64,000 nucleotides of DNA, taken from positions 248,001 to 312,000 of the forward strand of contig UYFQ01000005.1 in the NCBI GenBank assembly GCA_900617105.1, in the 5' to 3' direction. The notes under the pieces are model-generated. The model was not told the origin of the DNA. It saw only the letters and a list, made by a program, of their open reading frames with translations, and ran no database searches. This DNA comes from Hydrurus foetidus. Lineage: Eukaryota. Below, in pieces: positions 20,176 through 31,049 of this stretch. Made by a program: the position numbers and the translations under genes. How positions within the stretch are numbered: the first letter of the stretch is position 1; every line of letters begins with the position of its first letter.

Positions 20176-23100
20176 TTACTGAAGCGCTGCGAACCCGGAA
20201 TCATGACTATGGGGCAGAAGGTTGCGACGCTTGGCCATCGTTTTCCAACAGGTCGTCGTAATGATATTGCGCAACAAACCAGGATCAATCGGTTTAGCCA
20301 GGAAATGCGTTACTCCACCGATGTTGATCGCATCTCGCATGACATGGGGGTCGTCGCTGGCGCTCACCATGACCCGGACTGTCTTGGGCATCAATTTTTT
20401 GATTTTCCCCAGCAAGTCAATGCCATTTTCACCGGGAAGCCCGTGGTCAACGATGGCCACAGCGTAGGGGAATTTATGAAATTGCGCTACCGCTTGCTCG
20501 GCACTGGTTGCGCAGACAACGCCGACCCCAAAAGACTCCAGCAAGTTGCGCATGATCTCCAGGGTGATCTCGTCGTCTTCCACCATCAGCACCATAGGCA
20601 GTTCGTTATGTGCCATAAAGACTGTGGGGTCTAATAAGGTCGATTGATTGAAAAGCCGCTCAACAGCCTGTGCAGACTGAGGACGAGCGATCCAGTAGCC
20701 CTGAACCTCATCCACACCAAAGGAATGCAACAAAATAGCCTCCTCCTCAGTCTCAACGCCTTCCGCGATAGCACGCATGTTCAGGTTGTGCGCGAGCTGG
20801 ATAACGGCGGCCACAATGGCCCGATCTTGCGGGTTCTTCACCAGACCGCGCACAAAGGATTGGTCTATTTTCAAGCGGTCAGCAGGGAAACGCTTCAGGT
20901 AGCCCAAGTTGGAGTAGCCGGTGCCAAAATCATCAATCGCCAGCAAAATACCGACACTCTTGAGTGCATGCATCAATTCCAGCGCGGCGTTCGGGTCGCT
21001 CATCGCCAGACTCTCCGTGACTTCGAGCTCCAAGTAGCCTGCAGGAATACCGTGGCGGCTCATGATCCGCTTAAGCTCAGCCTTGAAGCCAGCATCCGAG
21101 AACTTGGTGGCCGCCAAATTGACCGCTGTTCGGATCCAACCATAGCCCTGCTGATGCCAATGCTGCATCTGGCGGCAAGCGGCATCCAGCACAAACTCAT
21201 CCACCAAGTTAATCAGATTGGACTCTTCAGCCAGCGGGATGAATTTACCGGGCATCAACAAGCCGTAATGTGGTGAGTTCCAGCGAATCAAGGCTTCCAG
21301 ACTCACCAGCATGCCGGTCTGAAGATCCACCTGCGGCTGGAAATGCAACACGAATTCCCCCCGGCCTATCCCCTCACGCAGCCGGGACTCCATCTGCACG
21401 CGAACGTCAATGGCATCTTGCATTTCAGGTGAAAAATAGCATACGCCCGACAGGCCAAATGCCTTGGCTTGGTACATCGCAATGTCAGCACGCTTCAGCA
21501 GGGTTTCCGTGTCCTCACCATGGTCTGGAAATACCGACACCCCAACACTGCCACCCAAGGTGTACATCTCACTGCCAAGCTCTACCGCCACACTCAACGC
21601 CTGGGTGATCCGCTCGCCCATAGACGCTATATCCGTGTGCAGCAGGCCTTCACAAGCCACGACAAACTCATCGCCACCCAAGCGGGCCACAGTGTCACCG
21701 CTGCGGGCCAAGGCATTCAGCCGCTGCGCCATCTCAGTCAGCACCTTGTCCCCTGCGCTGTGCCCCAAACTGTCATTGATCTGCTTGAATTTGTCCAAAT
21801 CAATGAAAAACAGCACGACCAATTCCTGATCGCGCTTGGCGCGGGCCAACGCCTGTCCAATACGGTCCATCAATAAAACACGGTTAGGTAATCCCGTCAG
21901 GCCATCGTGGGTAGCTTGGTGATGCAGCGCATCGGCATGCCGCCGCTGGTCGGTGATGTCCACACGGATCGAGATGTAGCGCACTACCTTGCCCGCCGCA
22001 TCCTTGAGCGGCACAATGGCCGAATCCACCCAGTACAACTCACCCGATTTGGATTTATTACAAAGGACATCGCGCCAAATTTCACCCCGCGTGATCGTGC
22101 CCCAGAGCTTGTCAAAAAAGCCACGCCCATGGGTGCCCGAGTTCACAATCCGGTGATCTTGCCCAAGCAGTTCCTCGCGACTGTAACCGCTGATTTCAAC
22201 GAATTTATCGTTAACCTGCACGATACGCCCACGGGTGTCTGTCACCGAAACAATGGCATGCTGATCGATGCCTTTCGTGTAACTTGACAACTCGGCAAAG
22301 GCCTGTTCCACACCTTGCTTCGCGTCCAACAGCGCATTCGCACTTTGCGTTTCTAACTCCGACTGAACCAGCTGGCTTTCTGTCTCTAGCAGACTCCGCT
22401 GTTGCGTGACCAAGCGCCAATTGAACCAAATCAAGGCCAAGAAGCTGGACAACAGAATGCCAAAAAAGAAAACAGTCGCCTGGTTAATCTGATTGCCTGC
22501 AATCGCCTCCGCCTGGTCCAGTGGAACCGTTATAGACAGTGCCCCCAGCAACTGGTGCTGCGCCCACTGCTTGCCTGGCTGTATGCCGTTTGAAGTACGC
22601 AACGCCATGGTGGCAGGCAGCTTTTCATAGGCGTTGTGGCAGGCGACACACGTCATTTGCGACATCGGGTCAGCCGACAAGAAGCGCAAGACCCGACGGC
22701 CATCCTTCAATTCAAACCGAGAGACAGGCATCCAGACAATCGGCTCTTTCGGGTTAGCTTTGTCCTGCGTTTCTAATTGTGACCAAGCCCAGCGCAAGAA
22801 ATCATCGCTCAAGCCCTGCGTCGGTTCAATGTTCCATTTACTGACCGGTGTATACGCATACAGCTTGTCCGCGTTGGCCGAGGAGGCCCGCCCCACCAGC
22901 TTCAAGAACTGCGCCGGTATCGGCACATGGCCCGGCTTGGTGTCAGAGTCCACGCTGGGGCCAAAGCCGTCTTTGGTCAATTTCCCCACGATCTCCTTGG
23001 CATAAACCGAGCGTGCCGCCGAGGCTTGGGCAGCAACGATCTCCGCAATGGCCAGCGCCTGATGTTCGACCGTCTTGTTGACCGCATCGCGCACAACCAG

Positions 23101-23190
23101 ATAGCCCATCAGACCCGCAAGCACAAAGACACCAACCAAAATCCCAAGGGTTCGTGAGCGAAACGCCGCTGTGCCTGAAATGGGTTTCAT
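20176..23190 (-). CDS. Membrane sensor diguanylate cyclase/phosphodiesterase: periplasmic heme-c (DUF3365-like) - PAS - GGDEF - EAL - REC
   Basis: Two TM helices flank a domain containing CVACH; PAS (VNDKFVEISGYSREELLG); RLGGDEF; LEALIRW and DDFGTGYS; C-terminal receiver (VLMVEDD...IVDHGLPGENG...AKP). Confidence 0.85.
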   Translation of the reverse strand: MKPISGTAAFRSRTLGILVGVFVLAGLMGYLVVRDAVNKTVEHQALAIAEIVAAQASAARSVYAKEIVGKLTKDGFGPSVDSDTKPGHVPIPAQFLKLVGRASSANADKLYAYTPVSKWNIEPTQGLSDDFLRWAWSQLETQDKANPKEPIVWMPVSRFELKDGRRVLRFLSADPMSQMTCVACHNAYEKLPATMALRTSNGIQPGKQWAQHQLLGALSITVPLDQAEAIAGNQINQATVFFFGILLSSFLALIWFNWRLVTQQRSLLETESQLVQSELETQSANALLDAKQGVEQAFAELSSYTKGIDQHAIVSVTDTRGRIVQVNDKFVEISGYSREELLGQDHRIVNSGTHGRGFFDKLWGTITRGEIWRDVLCNKSKSGELYWVDSAIVPLKDAAGKVVRYISIRVDITDQRRHADALHHQATHDGLTGLPNRVLLMDRIGQALARAKRDQELVVLFFIDLDKFKQINDSLGHSAGDKVLTEMAQRLNALARSGDTVARLGGDEFVVACEGLLHTDIASMGERITQALSVAVELGSEMYTLGGSVGVSVFPDHGEDTETLLKRADIAMYQAKAFGLSGVCYFSPEMQDAIDVRVQMESRLREGIGRGEFVLHFQPQVDLQTGMLVSLEALIRWNSPHYGLLMPGKFIPLAEESNLINLVDEFVLDAACRQMQHWHQQGYGWIRTAVNLAATKFSDAGFKAELKRIMSRHGIPAGYLELEVTESLAMSDPNAALELMHALKSVGILLAIDDFGTGYSNLGYLKRFPADRLKIDQSFVRGLVKNPQDRAIVAAVIQLAHNLNMRAIAEGVETEEEAILLHSFGVDEVQGYWIARPQSAQAVERLFNQSTLLDPTVFMAHNELPMVLMVEDDEITLEIMRNLLESFGVGVVCATSAEQAVAQFHKFPYAVAIVDHGLPGENGIDLLGKIKKLMPKTVRVMVSASDDPHVMRDAINIGGVTHFLAKPIDPGLLRNIITTTCWKTMAKRRNLLPHSHDSGFAALQ

Positions 23191-23327
23191 TGTCTGTCCA
23201 TGAGTTGCCACCGAGAACCGAAAATACGGCATCCGAACGAGAGTGCCACGTCTGCGCGATTCTAGGCAATCGCCCTGACCTCAAGGCTGCTGGGGTTAAG
23301 TGCTTAAAAAGCCGTCGCCGGACAAAC

Positions 23328-24254
23328 TTACGGCGCGGACTGCCGCTTGTTGAGCAATGCCGTCGCCGCACGCGAATTCGGCTTGCGGCCCAAAAAGTCG
23401 CTGATGAACGCACCTGCGTCCACCAATTTACCGAGATCAATGCCGGTCTCAATGCCCATGCCATGTAGCAGGTAGACCACATCCTCGGTCGCTACGTTTC
23501 CAGTAGCACCTTTCGCATACGGGCAGCCGCCTAAGCCTGCAACAGAGGTGTCAAACTGCCAGATACCCATCTGCAAACTGACCAGCGTGTTGGCGAGCGC
23601 CTGCCCATAGGTGTCGTGGAAATGGCCTGAAATATCGTCTGCGCTGTAATGCTGCAAAGCAGCCTCCAGCGCCCGCTGCACTTTGAGCGGCGTGCCCACA
23701 CCAATCGTGTCGGCCACACCGATGTGCTGCACACCAATGTCCCGCATCAAGCGCGCCACCATCGCCACACGCTCAGGGGCAATCTCGCCTTCATACGGGC
23801 ACCCCACAGTGCAAGAAATCGCCCCCCGCACAGCGATGCCCTGTGCCAGCGCTGCCTCAGTGACGGGGCGAAAGCGCTCAATGCTCTCAGCAATGGAGCA
23901 ATTGATGTTGCGCTGGCTGAAGGCCTCGCTGGCCGCGCCAAAGACGACGATTTCATCCGGCCATTGCGCACGGGGTGCCGCAAGCGCCGCTTGCAAGCCC
24001 TGCATGTTCGGTGTCAGCACGGCGTAGCGCACACCGGTCTTGCGCGTGATACCCGCCATCACCTGCGCGTTATCGGCCATTTGCGGAACCCACTTGGGGG
24101 ATACGAAGCTGGTGGCCTCCAGGTGCTTCACCCCGGCCTCTTGCAGGCGGTGAATCAGCTCGACTTTGATGGCGGCGGGGACGAGTTGCTTTTCGTTTTG
24201 CAGGCCATCACGCGGGCCTACATCAACGATTTTGACGGTGTGAGGAAGGTTCAT
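23328..24254 (-). CDS. hmgL: Hydroxymethylglutaryl-CoA lyase
   Basis: VGPRDGLQNE, HFHDTYGQA, GLGGCPYAKGATGNVATED. Confidence 0.93.
   Translation of the reverse strand: MNLPHTVKIVDVGPRDGLQNEKQLVPAAIKVELIHRLQEAGVKHLEATSFVSPKWVPQMADNAQVMAGITRKTGVRYAVLTPNMQGLQAALAAPRAQWPDEIVVFGAASEAFSQRNINCSIAESIERFRPVTEAALAQGIAVRGAISCTVGCPYEGEIAPERVAMVARLMRDIGVQHIGVADTIGVGTPLKVQRALEAALQHYSADDISGHFHDTYGQALANTLVSLQMGIWQFDTSVAGLGGCPYAKGATGNVATEDVVYLLHGMGIETGIDLGKLVDAGAFISDFLGRKPNSRAATALLNKRQSAP
23491..23507. repeat. Core of dispersed element inside the hmgL active-site motif
   Basis: GCTACGTTTCCAGTAGC; codons GCT ACT GGA AAC GTA GCG (ATGNVA). Confidence 0.65.
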
Positions 24255-24307
24255 GGAAGGGTCTCTTGAATATTTTCGATATTTTGATATTTTTGACAGC
24301 TGAAGGC

Positions 24308-25228
24308 TCAATACCCACGCGCACGCCCCACGACCCCAGCCACAGGCAAACCCTGCGTCATCGCGGTGATCTTGCCCGCGATCTGCGCAATGCTTTCCTC
24401 GCGCAAGGTGCGGGCTGAGGTGTGCGGCGTGACGGTGATTTGGGGGTGTTGCCAAAACGGGTGGCCGCTGGGCAAGGGCTCCTGGCGGAACACGTCCAGC
24501 GTGGCTCCGGCGAGGTGCCCGCTGTCCAGCAAAGCCATCAAATCATCGTCCACCAGATGACCGCCACGCGCCACGTTGATGACGTAGCCACCCGGTTGCA
24601 GTAAGGAGAGGTTGCGGTGGTTCAAGATGTCTTGCGTCTCGGGCGTGAGCGGCATCAGACAGACCAGCACTTTGGAGGCGGCCAAAAAGTCGTCCAGCTG
24701 CGCGGTGCCCGCAAAGCCGCGCACACCGTCCAGCGCCTTGGGGCTGCGGCTCCAGGCGTTGACGGGGAAATCAAAGCATTTGAGCGTCTGCGCCACCCGC
24801 GTGCCCAGCACGCCCAGGCCCATGACACCGACGGGGAAATCCGCACGCACGCGGGGCTTGCGGTACGACCACTTGCCCGCACGGGTATCGGCCTCGTAAG
24901 CGTCCAGCTCACGGAAATGACGGATGACGGCGTGGCAGACGTATTCGGCCATCTGCACCGACATGCCCGCGTCGTCCAGGCGCACCACCTGGGTCTGTAC
25001 AGGGATGTCCAGCTTCATCAGCGCATCCACGCCCGCGCCCATGTTGAACACGGCTTTGAGCTGGGTTTGCTCGTCAAAAAAGGCTTGAGGGGGCGACCAG
25101 ACGACGGCGTAATCGGCAGCGGGGGCACCGTGTACCCAGGGAGTGAACTCAGCACCGGGCAAAGCGGTGCGAAAGCCATCCACCCAGGGTTCGGCGCGGC
25201 CATCGGCCCAGTAGAACGTGATTTTCAT
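24308..25228 (-). CDS. ghrA: Glyoxylate/hydroxypyruvate reductase A (D-2-hydroxyacid dehydrogenase)
   Basis: GAGVD, MAEY, GVMGLGVLG, INVARG, LDVFRQEPL, TPH. Confidence 0.85.
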   Translation of the reverse strand: MKITFYWADGRAEPWVDGFRTALPGAEFTPWVHGAPAADYAVVWSPPQAFFDEQTQLKAVFNMGAGVDALMKLDIPVQTQVVRLDDAGMSVQMAEYVCHAVIRHFRELDAYEADTRAGKWSYRKPRVRADFPVGVMGLGVLGTRVAQTLKCFDFPVNAWSRSPKALDGVRGFAGTAQLDDFLAASKVLVCLMPLTPETQDILNHRNLSLLQPGGYVINVARGGHLVDDDLMALLDSGHLAGATLDVFRQEPLPSGHPFWQHPQITVTPHTSARTLREESIAQIAGKITAMTQGLPVAGVVGRARGY

Positions 25229-25299
25229 AAAGGGATGAATGCGTTACGTTGAATTTGATTCGGTTGAATCAGGTTGAGTTAGGTTGAGTTATAGCCCGT

Positions 25300-27300
25300 T
25301 CAAGCCTGTAGCTTGAGGAGCTCCGACCCTTCCGTCACCTGATCCCCCGGCGCGTACAACAGCTCGGCCACCACACCATCCACAGGGGCGGCGATGGTGT
25401 GTTCCATCTTCATCGCCTCCATCACCGCCAGCGCTTGGCCCTTGGTGACGGTATCGCCTGCTTTGACCGAGAACGACACCACTTTGCCGGGCATGGGCGC
25501 GGTAAGGCGGCCGCCTTCGGTGGGGGCTTCCCCTGCGTGGGCGAAGGCATCTGAAACTGTGATTTTAGTAGCACCCTGTGCAGTGTGGATATGCATATCC
25601 TCGCCATTGCGGTACACATGGACGGTACAACGCTGGCCGTTGAATTGCAGCTCCAGTGCGGCATGCTCGGCGTTGGCATGCGACCAGACCAGCGGGCCAG
25701 AAGCATTGCCAACCTGAAGCACCAGGGCACCGTCATGCAGGTAACGCAACTCTGCTTCCACCGCCTCGCCGTGGAATTCCAACGCAAAACGCCGTGTGCG
25801 GATGCCGTGGCTGCTCCAGCCATCGCGGCGGCTGAAGGGATCAGTGCCTGCTTGGGCGCGTTCGGTTGTCAGGGTGTGCGCGACGACCGCCGCAGCAGCC
25901 AACGGCAAGCCCACGCGCTCTTGGCCAAACAGCACAGCTTCTTCACGCGGAATCAGCGCCGTGTCGAGCTGCGCCCCGGCAAAAGACGGGCTTTGGATGA
26001 CGTGCCGCAGGAACTGCACGTTGGTGTTCAGGCCTACGATGTGGGTTTGCGACAGCGCCACGTCCAACCGGGCCAGCGCCTCGGCACGGGTGGCACCGTG
26101 GACGATGAGTTTGGCGACCATCGAGTCGTAAAACGGGCTGATGGTGTCGCCTGGGCGCACGCCATCGTCAATGCGGGTGTGGCCTCGCTCGAAGCTCGTG
26201 GCTTGCGGCTTTTGGTAGACGTGCAGCGTGCCGGTGGCAGGCAAAAAGTTGTTGTCAGGGTTCTCGGCGCAGATACGCGCTTCGATGGCGTGGCCGGTGA
26301 TCCGCAAATCGGACTGCTTAAGCGGCAAAGGCTCGCCCGAGGCCACGCGCAACTGCCATTCGACCAAATCCAGCCCGGTGATGGCCTCCGTCACCGGGTG
26401 TTCGACTTGCAGACGGGTGTTCATCTCCATGAAGAAAAAATTCATACTGCCATCAGCGCGTTGCTCGACGATGAACTCTACGGTGCCCGCACCCACGTAA
26501 TTCACGACCCTGGCTGCTGCCACCGCTGCCTCGCCCATCTGCTGGCGCATCGCGTCCGTCATGCCGGGTGCGGGGGCTTCTTCCAACACCTTTTGGTGGC
26601 GGCGCTGCACCGAGCAATCGCGCTCAAACAGGTAAACGATGTTGCCGTGCGTGTCGCCAAACACCTGGATTTCAATGTGGCGCGGGCGCTGCACGTACTT
26701 TTCAATCAGCACCACGTCATTGCCAAAGCTGTTGATGGCTTCGCGCTGGCACGAGGCCAGGGCGGCGGCGAAATCTTCGGCTTTGTCCACCGCGCGCATC
26801 CCCTTGCCGCCACCGCCTGCACTGGCTTTGATGAGCACGGGGTAGCCGATGCGGTCTGCTTCGCGTTGCAGCAAGGCCGGGTCTTGGTCGGCACCGTGGT
26901 AGCCGGGCACCAGGGGCACACCGGCGCGTTCCATCAGTTGCTTGGATTCGGCTTTCAAGCCCATCGCCTTGATGGCCGAAGGCGGTGGGCCAATGAAGAC
27001 CAGCCCGGCATCCGCACAAGCCTGGGCGAAGGCTTCGTTTTCACTCAAAAACCCGTAGCCGGGGTGGACGGCCTGCGCACCGGTCGCGATGGCGGCATCA
27101 AGGATGCGCTGCCACTGCAAATAGCTGTCTTTGGGGGCGCTGCCACCGATGTGGATAGCCTCATCGCACGCGGCCACATGCTTGGCGTTGGCATCGGCAT
27201 CGGAATAAACCGCTACGGTTTTAACAGCTAGCTTCGCACAACTGGCGGCCACACGGCAGGTAATTTCACCTCGGTTAGCGATCAGGATTTTGGTGAACAT
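25300..27300 (-). CDS. liuD: 3-methylcrotonyl-CoA carboxylase alpha subunit (biotin carboxylase plus BCCP)
   Basis: KILIANRGE, HPGYGFLSEN, ERDCSVQRRHQK, EMNTRLQVEHPVTE, EAMKM biotin site; liu cluster context. Confidence 0.88.
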   Translation of the reverse strand: MFTKILIANRGEITCRVAASCAKLAVKTVAVYSDADANAKHVAACDEAIHIGGSAPKDSYLQWQRILDAAIATGAQAVHPGYGFLSENEAFAQACADAGLVFIGPPPSAIKAMGLKAESKQLMERAGVPLVPGYHGADQDPALLQREADRIGYPVLIKASAGGGGKGMRAVDKAEDFAAALASCQREAINSFGNDVVLIEKYVQRPRHIEIQVFGDTHGNIVYLFERDCSVQRRHQKVLEEAPAPGMTDAMRQQMGEAAVAAARVVNYVGAGTVEFIVEQRADGSMNFFFMEMNTRLQVEHPVTEAITGLDLVEWQLRVASGEPLPLKQSDLRITGHAIEARICAENPDNNFLPATGTLHVYQKPQATSFERGHTRIDDGVRPGDTISPFYDSMVAKLIVHGATRAEALARLDVALSQTHIVGLNTNVQFLRHVIQSPSFAGAQLDTALIPREEAVLFGQERVGLPLAAAAVVAHTLTTERAQAGTDPFSRRDGWSSHGIRTRRFALEFHGEAVEAELRYLHDGALVLQVGNASGPLVWSHANAEHAALELQFNGQRCTVHVYRNGEDMHIHTAQGATKITVSDAFAHAGEAPTEGGRLTAPMPGKVVSFSVKAGDTVTKGQALAVMEAMKMEHTIAAPVDGVVAELLYAPGDQVTEGSELLKLQA

Positions 27301-27336
27301 GGGATTTTCCGGTAAGGTTATATGAAGATTCAAGGC

Positions 27337-28509
27337 TCAAGGCTGTACGGCGTACAGGGTGCAAGGCGGCGTGCGCTTACGCTGGCAATGGGCAACAGCC
27401 CGCGACAACGCGTCATCCCCAAACGCCCACCCCCACTGATCGCCGCCGCCCAAGGCAAAGGCTTTGGGTGCGGGCTGGGTCTGGTACTTGGCGTAATCTT
27501 GCTGGCCTTTGGGGTTCAGCGCTGGAGGTGGCGAAGAGGTCGGTGCGCTGGCATGCCCCGCATCGGGTGGCACCAGCACACCGGGCTGGTTAAAACCAAA
27601 CGGTTTCAAATAAGCATCGACCAGCGGTTGCCACAGGTCATTACCTCTGGTGAACAACGCATGACCATCCATACCAAAGGCAGGCAGCAAACGGTAATCC
27701 AACTGCGCCCCACCTGAGGCATAGGCTTGCGCCCAGGCACGGCTGTTTTGAGGACTGAAATACTGGTCATTTTCAGTGTAAATCCATAGCATCGGAACCT
27801 TGGCTGTGCTGCCATAGCGGCTCATCAGGTAAGTCATTTTGGCGCTGGCACAGGCTTCACCAGGATGCGTTTTGGGGTCTCCACCATGCCCACCAGCAAA
27901 GTTAATGGCCGCCACCAAGCCGGGCAACACCATGGACGCTGCGGCAACTGTAGTCGCGCCCCCTACCGATTGCCCGATCAGCACCAGTCGGCTGGCATCT
28001 ATATCGGGTTGCTGCTGCAAGTGCCGCGCAACCACCGCCACCTGCTCTGCTGCCGCAGCCAGAGCCGCATCGTAGCGAGGCGCCGCGCAACCCATGCTGT
28101 CTTCAGGGTCGCCTAAAGCGGCTGTTTCACCATACCCCAAGCGCAACGGCACAGCGACGGCAAAGCCTTTGCGCACAAAAAAACGGGCCGCTGACTCAAA
28201 ACGCTGGCGTGGGTACTGGGCACGCGTCTCACTGCTGCGCCCGTGGCTGATAACGGCCAGCGGAAAGGGGCCATCCCCTGGCGGTCGGTAGGTGGTGACG
28301 ATGATGTCGCCGGTAAGCGTTTTACCAAAAGCATTGGGAACCGTGACAGGCAAGCGCAACACAGCTTCTCGGGTGTCAATATCAAGCGCAAGTGGTAAAG
28401 CCGGTGTCGGTGTTGGTGGCGCTGTCTGCGCCTGGGCAGCCATGTTCAGCACCGTCAGCAGGCACACCACCATGCAACACCCATACGCCTTTAATTTCTT
28501 GAAGGTCAT
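27337..28509 (-). CDS. Secreted dienelactone hydrolase-family alpha/beta hydrolase
   Basis: Signal peptide; GPFPLAVISHG, GQSVGG nucleophile elbow, END, DGH. Confidence 0.75.
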   Translation of the reverse strand: MTFKKLKAYGCCMVVCLLTVLNMAAQAQTAPPTPTPALPLALDIDTREAVLRLPVTVPNAFGKTLTGDIIVTTYRPPGDGPFPLAVISHGRSSETRAQYPRQRFESAARFFVRKGFAVAVPLRLGYGETAALGDPEDSMGCAAPRYDAALAAAAEQVAVVARHLQQQPDIDASRLVLIGQSVGGATTVAAASMVLPGLVAAINFAGGHGGDPKTHPGEACASAKMTYLMSRYGSTAKVPMLWIYTENDQYFSPQNSRAWAQAYASGGAQLDYRLLPAFGMDGHALFTRGNDLWQPLVDAYLKPFGFNQPGVLVPPDAGHASAPTSSPPPALNPKGQQDYAKYQTQPAPKAFALGGGDQWGWAFGDDALSRAVAHCQRKRTPPCTLYAVQP

Positions 28510-29240
28510 CGCTTGGCTCCTTCATCCGAGGGATTTGGCATCGGCGGCGGTACGCTCTTGAAGAAAGCACAGACGCGGGCGATGGTGGCCTTCAGGAACT
28601 TCAGCAAGGACACCAGCAAGATGACCATCAACACCACCACCACAGCCAGCACGCCACCAAACAGCAGCGGCTGGTTCGTTGCCAGCCACATCGCGCCCAT
28701 CACCATGCCCTCTTCGGCAAAGCTGGCAGCGATGTTGGTGAACGGCTCAGGCGAGGTGTTGATCGCCGCCCGCGCGGTGGCTTTGGTGGCGAACGAAGTT
28801 GCCGCCAGCGTGCCGCCCAACAAACCGGCAACCGCGCCCAGCGTCGCGCTGTCAGCCCCGAATACACCGGCAGCCAACGCAGCACCAGCAGGCACGCGGA
28901 TGACGGAATGCAGCACATCCCACAGCGAATCCAACCCCGGAATTTTGTCGGCAAAGAACTCCACAAACAGCATCACGCCGCTGCACGCCAGCATCGCCGG
29001 ATGCTGCAACACCTGCAAGCCCGCAGGCAAGGGAATCCACCCCAGATAGCCCGCCATGCCAGTGATGAACACCACGAGGTACAGGCGCAAACCGCTGGCC
29101 CAACCCAGAGCAGCCGCCAGCGCAACAAGCCCAGCCATGTCCATGCCGCCCAGCGCCTTGTGGGCGTTGGTAGCCACATCGCCGCCGTTGTCCATCAGCG
29201 CGCGAAGCCACGTCAGCAGGTGGGGGAGCAGGTCTTCCAT
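28506..29240 (-). CDS. DUF4126 family membrane protein
   Basis: GWASGLRLY, EFFADKIPGLDSLWD, RAAINTSPEPFTN. Confidence 0.8.
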   Translation of the reverse strand: MEDLLPHLLTWLRALMDNGGDVATNAHKALGGMDMAGLVALAAALGWASGLRLYLVVFITGMAGYLGWIPLPAGLQVLQHPAMLACSGVMLFVEFFADKIPGLDSLWDVLHSVIRVPAGAALAAGVFGADSATLGAVAGLLGGTLAATSFATKATARAAINTSPEPFTNIAASFAEEGMVMGAMWLATNQPLLFGGVLAVVVVLMVILLVSLLKFLKATIARVCAFFKSVPPPMPNPSDEGAKR

Positions 29241-29321
29241 AGTACGGCGTAGTCCATCATGAATGATGCGGGGTCAGAGCCAAGTTCTGGTGTGCGCACT
29301 TTCAATAAAGCGTACAACACA

Positions 29322-30956
29322 TCACATCCGAAACACACCAAACTTCGTATCAGGAATCGGCGCATTCAGGCTGGCTGACAGCCCCAGTGCCAGCACCCGG
29401 CGGGTGTCTGCCGGGTCAATCACACCATCGTCCCAAAGCCGGGCCGTCGCGTAATAGGGGTTGCCTTGCTCCTCGTACTGCTGGCGGATCGGGGCTTTGA
29501 AGGCTTCTTCTTCCTCTGTGCTCCAGGCACCGCCTTTGGCCTCGATACCGTCGCGCTTCACGGTGGCGAGCACGCTGGCGGCTTGCTCACCACCCATCAC
29601 GCTGATACGGGCGTTGGGCCACATCCACAGGAAGCGCGGGCTGTAGGCGCGGCCACACATGCCGTAGTTGCCTGCACCGAAGCTGCCGCCGATGATGATG
29701 GTGAATTTGGGCACTTGGGCACAGGCCACGGCTGTCACCATCTTCGCGCCGTTGCGGGCAATGCCCTCGTTCTCGTACTTGCGGCCCACCATGAAGCCGG
29801 TGATGTTCTGCAAAAACACCAACGGGATCTTGCGCTGGCAGCACAGCTCAATGAAGTGAGCCCCTTTCAGCGCGGATTCGCTGAACAAGATGCCGTTGTT
29901 GGCGATGATGCCCACGGGCATCCCCTCGATGTTCGCAAAACCCGTCACCAGCGTGCTGCCGTAACGGGATTTGAACTCGTGGAACTCGCTGCCATCGACG
30001 ATGCGGGCGATGATTTCGCGCACGTCGAAAGGTTTACGGGTGTCCGTGGGGATCACCCCGTAGAGTTCTTTCGCTTCAAATTTAGGAGCTATCACAGCAT
30101 GTGAAGCATGCTGTACAGGCTTATTTCGATTCAAATTGGCTACCGCTTGCCGCGCAATGGCCAGTGCGTGACGGTCGTTCTGTGCCAAATGGTCGGCCAC
30201 GCCTGAAAGCCGGGTGTGGACATCGCCACCGCCCAAGTCTTCAGACGTAACAACTTCGCCCGTGGCCGCTTTCACCAGCGGCGGGCCACCCAAAAAGATG
30301 GTGCCCTGGTTTTTGACGATGATGGTTTCGTCGCTCATCGCTGGCACGTAAGCCCCGCCTGCAGTGCAGCTGCCCATCACCACGGCGATTTGCGCCAAGC
30401 CCTGGGCGCTCATGTTGGCTTGGTTGTAAAAGATGCGGCCAAAGTGGTCACGGTCTGGGAAGACTTCGTCCTGGTTGGGCAAGTTGGCACCGCCCGAGTC
30501 CACCAAGTAGATACAAGGCAAGCCGTTTTGCTGGGCGATCTCTTGCGCACGCAGGTGCTTTTTGACCGTCAACGGATAGTAGGTGCCGCCTTTGACGGTG
30601 GCATCGTTGCAGACGATGAGGCAATCCACGCCACTGACGCGGCCAATGCCCGCAATCAGGCCCGCACCGGGGGCACTGTCACCGCCATTTTTGCTGCCGT
30701 CTTTGTCGGGGTACATGCCCCACGCGGCCAACGGGGCAATCTCTAAAAACGGGGTGCCAGGGTCGAGCAACTCAGCTACGCGGTCGCGGGGCAGCAGTTT
30801 GCCGCGTGCCGTGTGCTTAGCGCGGGCGGCATCGCCTCCGCCTTGTTGCACTTTGGCGATACGCTGGTTCAAGTCGTCCACCAGGGCGCGCATGGCGCTG
30901 GCGTTGGCCTGAAAGTCAGCGGAACGGGCGTTGAGTTGGGTCGCTAGAACAGGCAT
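29322..30956 (-). CDS. liuB: 3-methylcrotonyl-CoA carboxylase beta subunit (carboxyltransferase)
   Basis: [57 protein letters not shown]. Confidence 0.92.
   Translation of the reverse strand: MPVLATQLNARSADFQANASAMRALVDDLNQRIAKVQQGGGDAARAKHTARGKLLPRDRVAELLDPGTPFLEIAPLAAWGMYPDKDGSKNGGDSAPGAGLIAGIGRVSGVDCLIVCNDATVKGGTYYPLTVKKHLRAQEIAQQNGLPCIYLVDSGGANLPNQDEVFPDRDHFGRIFYNQANMSAQGLAQIAVVMGSCTAGGAYVPAMSDETIIVKNQGTIFLGGPPLVKAATGEVVTSEDLGGGDVHTRLSGVADHLAQNDRHALAIARQAVANLNRNKPVQHASHAVIAPKFEAKELYGVIPTDTRKPFDVREIIARIVDGSEFHEFKSRYGSTLVTGFANIEGMPVGIIANNGILFSESALKGAHFIELCCQRKIPLVFLQNITGFMVGRKYENEGIARNGAKMVTAVACAQVPKFTIIIGGSFGAGNYGMCGRAYSPRFLWMWPNARISVMGGEQAASVLATVKRDGIEAKGGAWSTEEEEAFKAPIRQQYEEQGNPYYATARLWDDGVIDPADTRRVLALGLSASLNAPIPDTKFGVFRM
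30073..30126 (+). repeat. Copy of dispersed element inside the mccB/liuB linker
   Basis: GCTTCAAATTTAGGAGC-TATCAC-AGC-ATGTGAAGCA-TGCTGT-ACA-GGCTTATTT; an AT-rich patch in a GC-rich gene. Confidence 0.65.
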
Positions 30957-30993
30957 GGTGTGCTCTTTTTAGTTGACGTGAGGGACATCAATG

Positions 30994-31017
30994 ATTGACG
31001 TTTACGTAAACGTCAAT
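30994..31017. promoter_or_regulatory. LiuR operator upstream of liuB
   Basis: Perfect 24-bp palindrome ATTGACGTTTACGTAAACGTCAAT matching the MerR-family LiuR TTTACGTAAA-type motif. Confidence 0.85.
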
Positions 31018-31049
31018 TGTGGCACGGTTAGCGCACCAAGGCCAGCAAT

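Noticed and set aside
25248..25292. Short tandem GGTTGARTYA-like 10-bp repeats upstream of ghrA
   Set aside because: Only 3-4 degenerate units with no spacers; not a CRISPR array, and no function can be supported.
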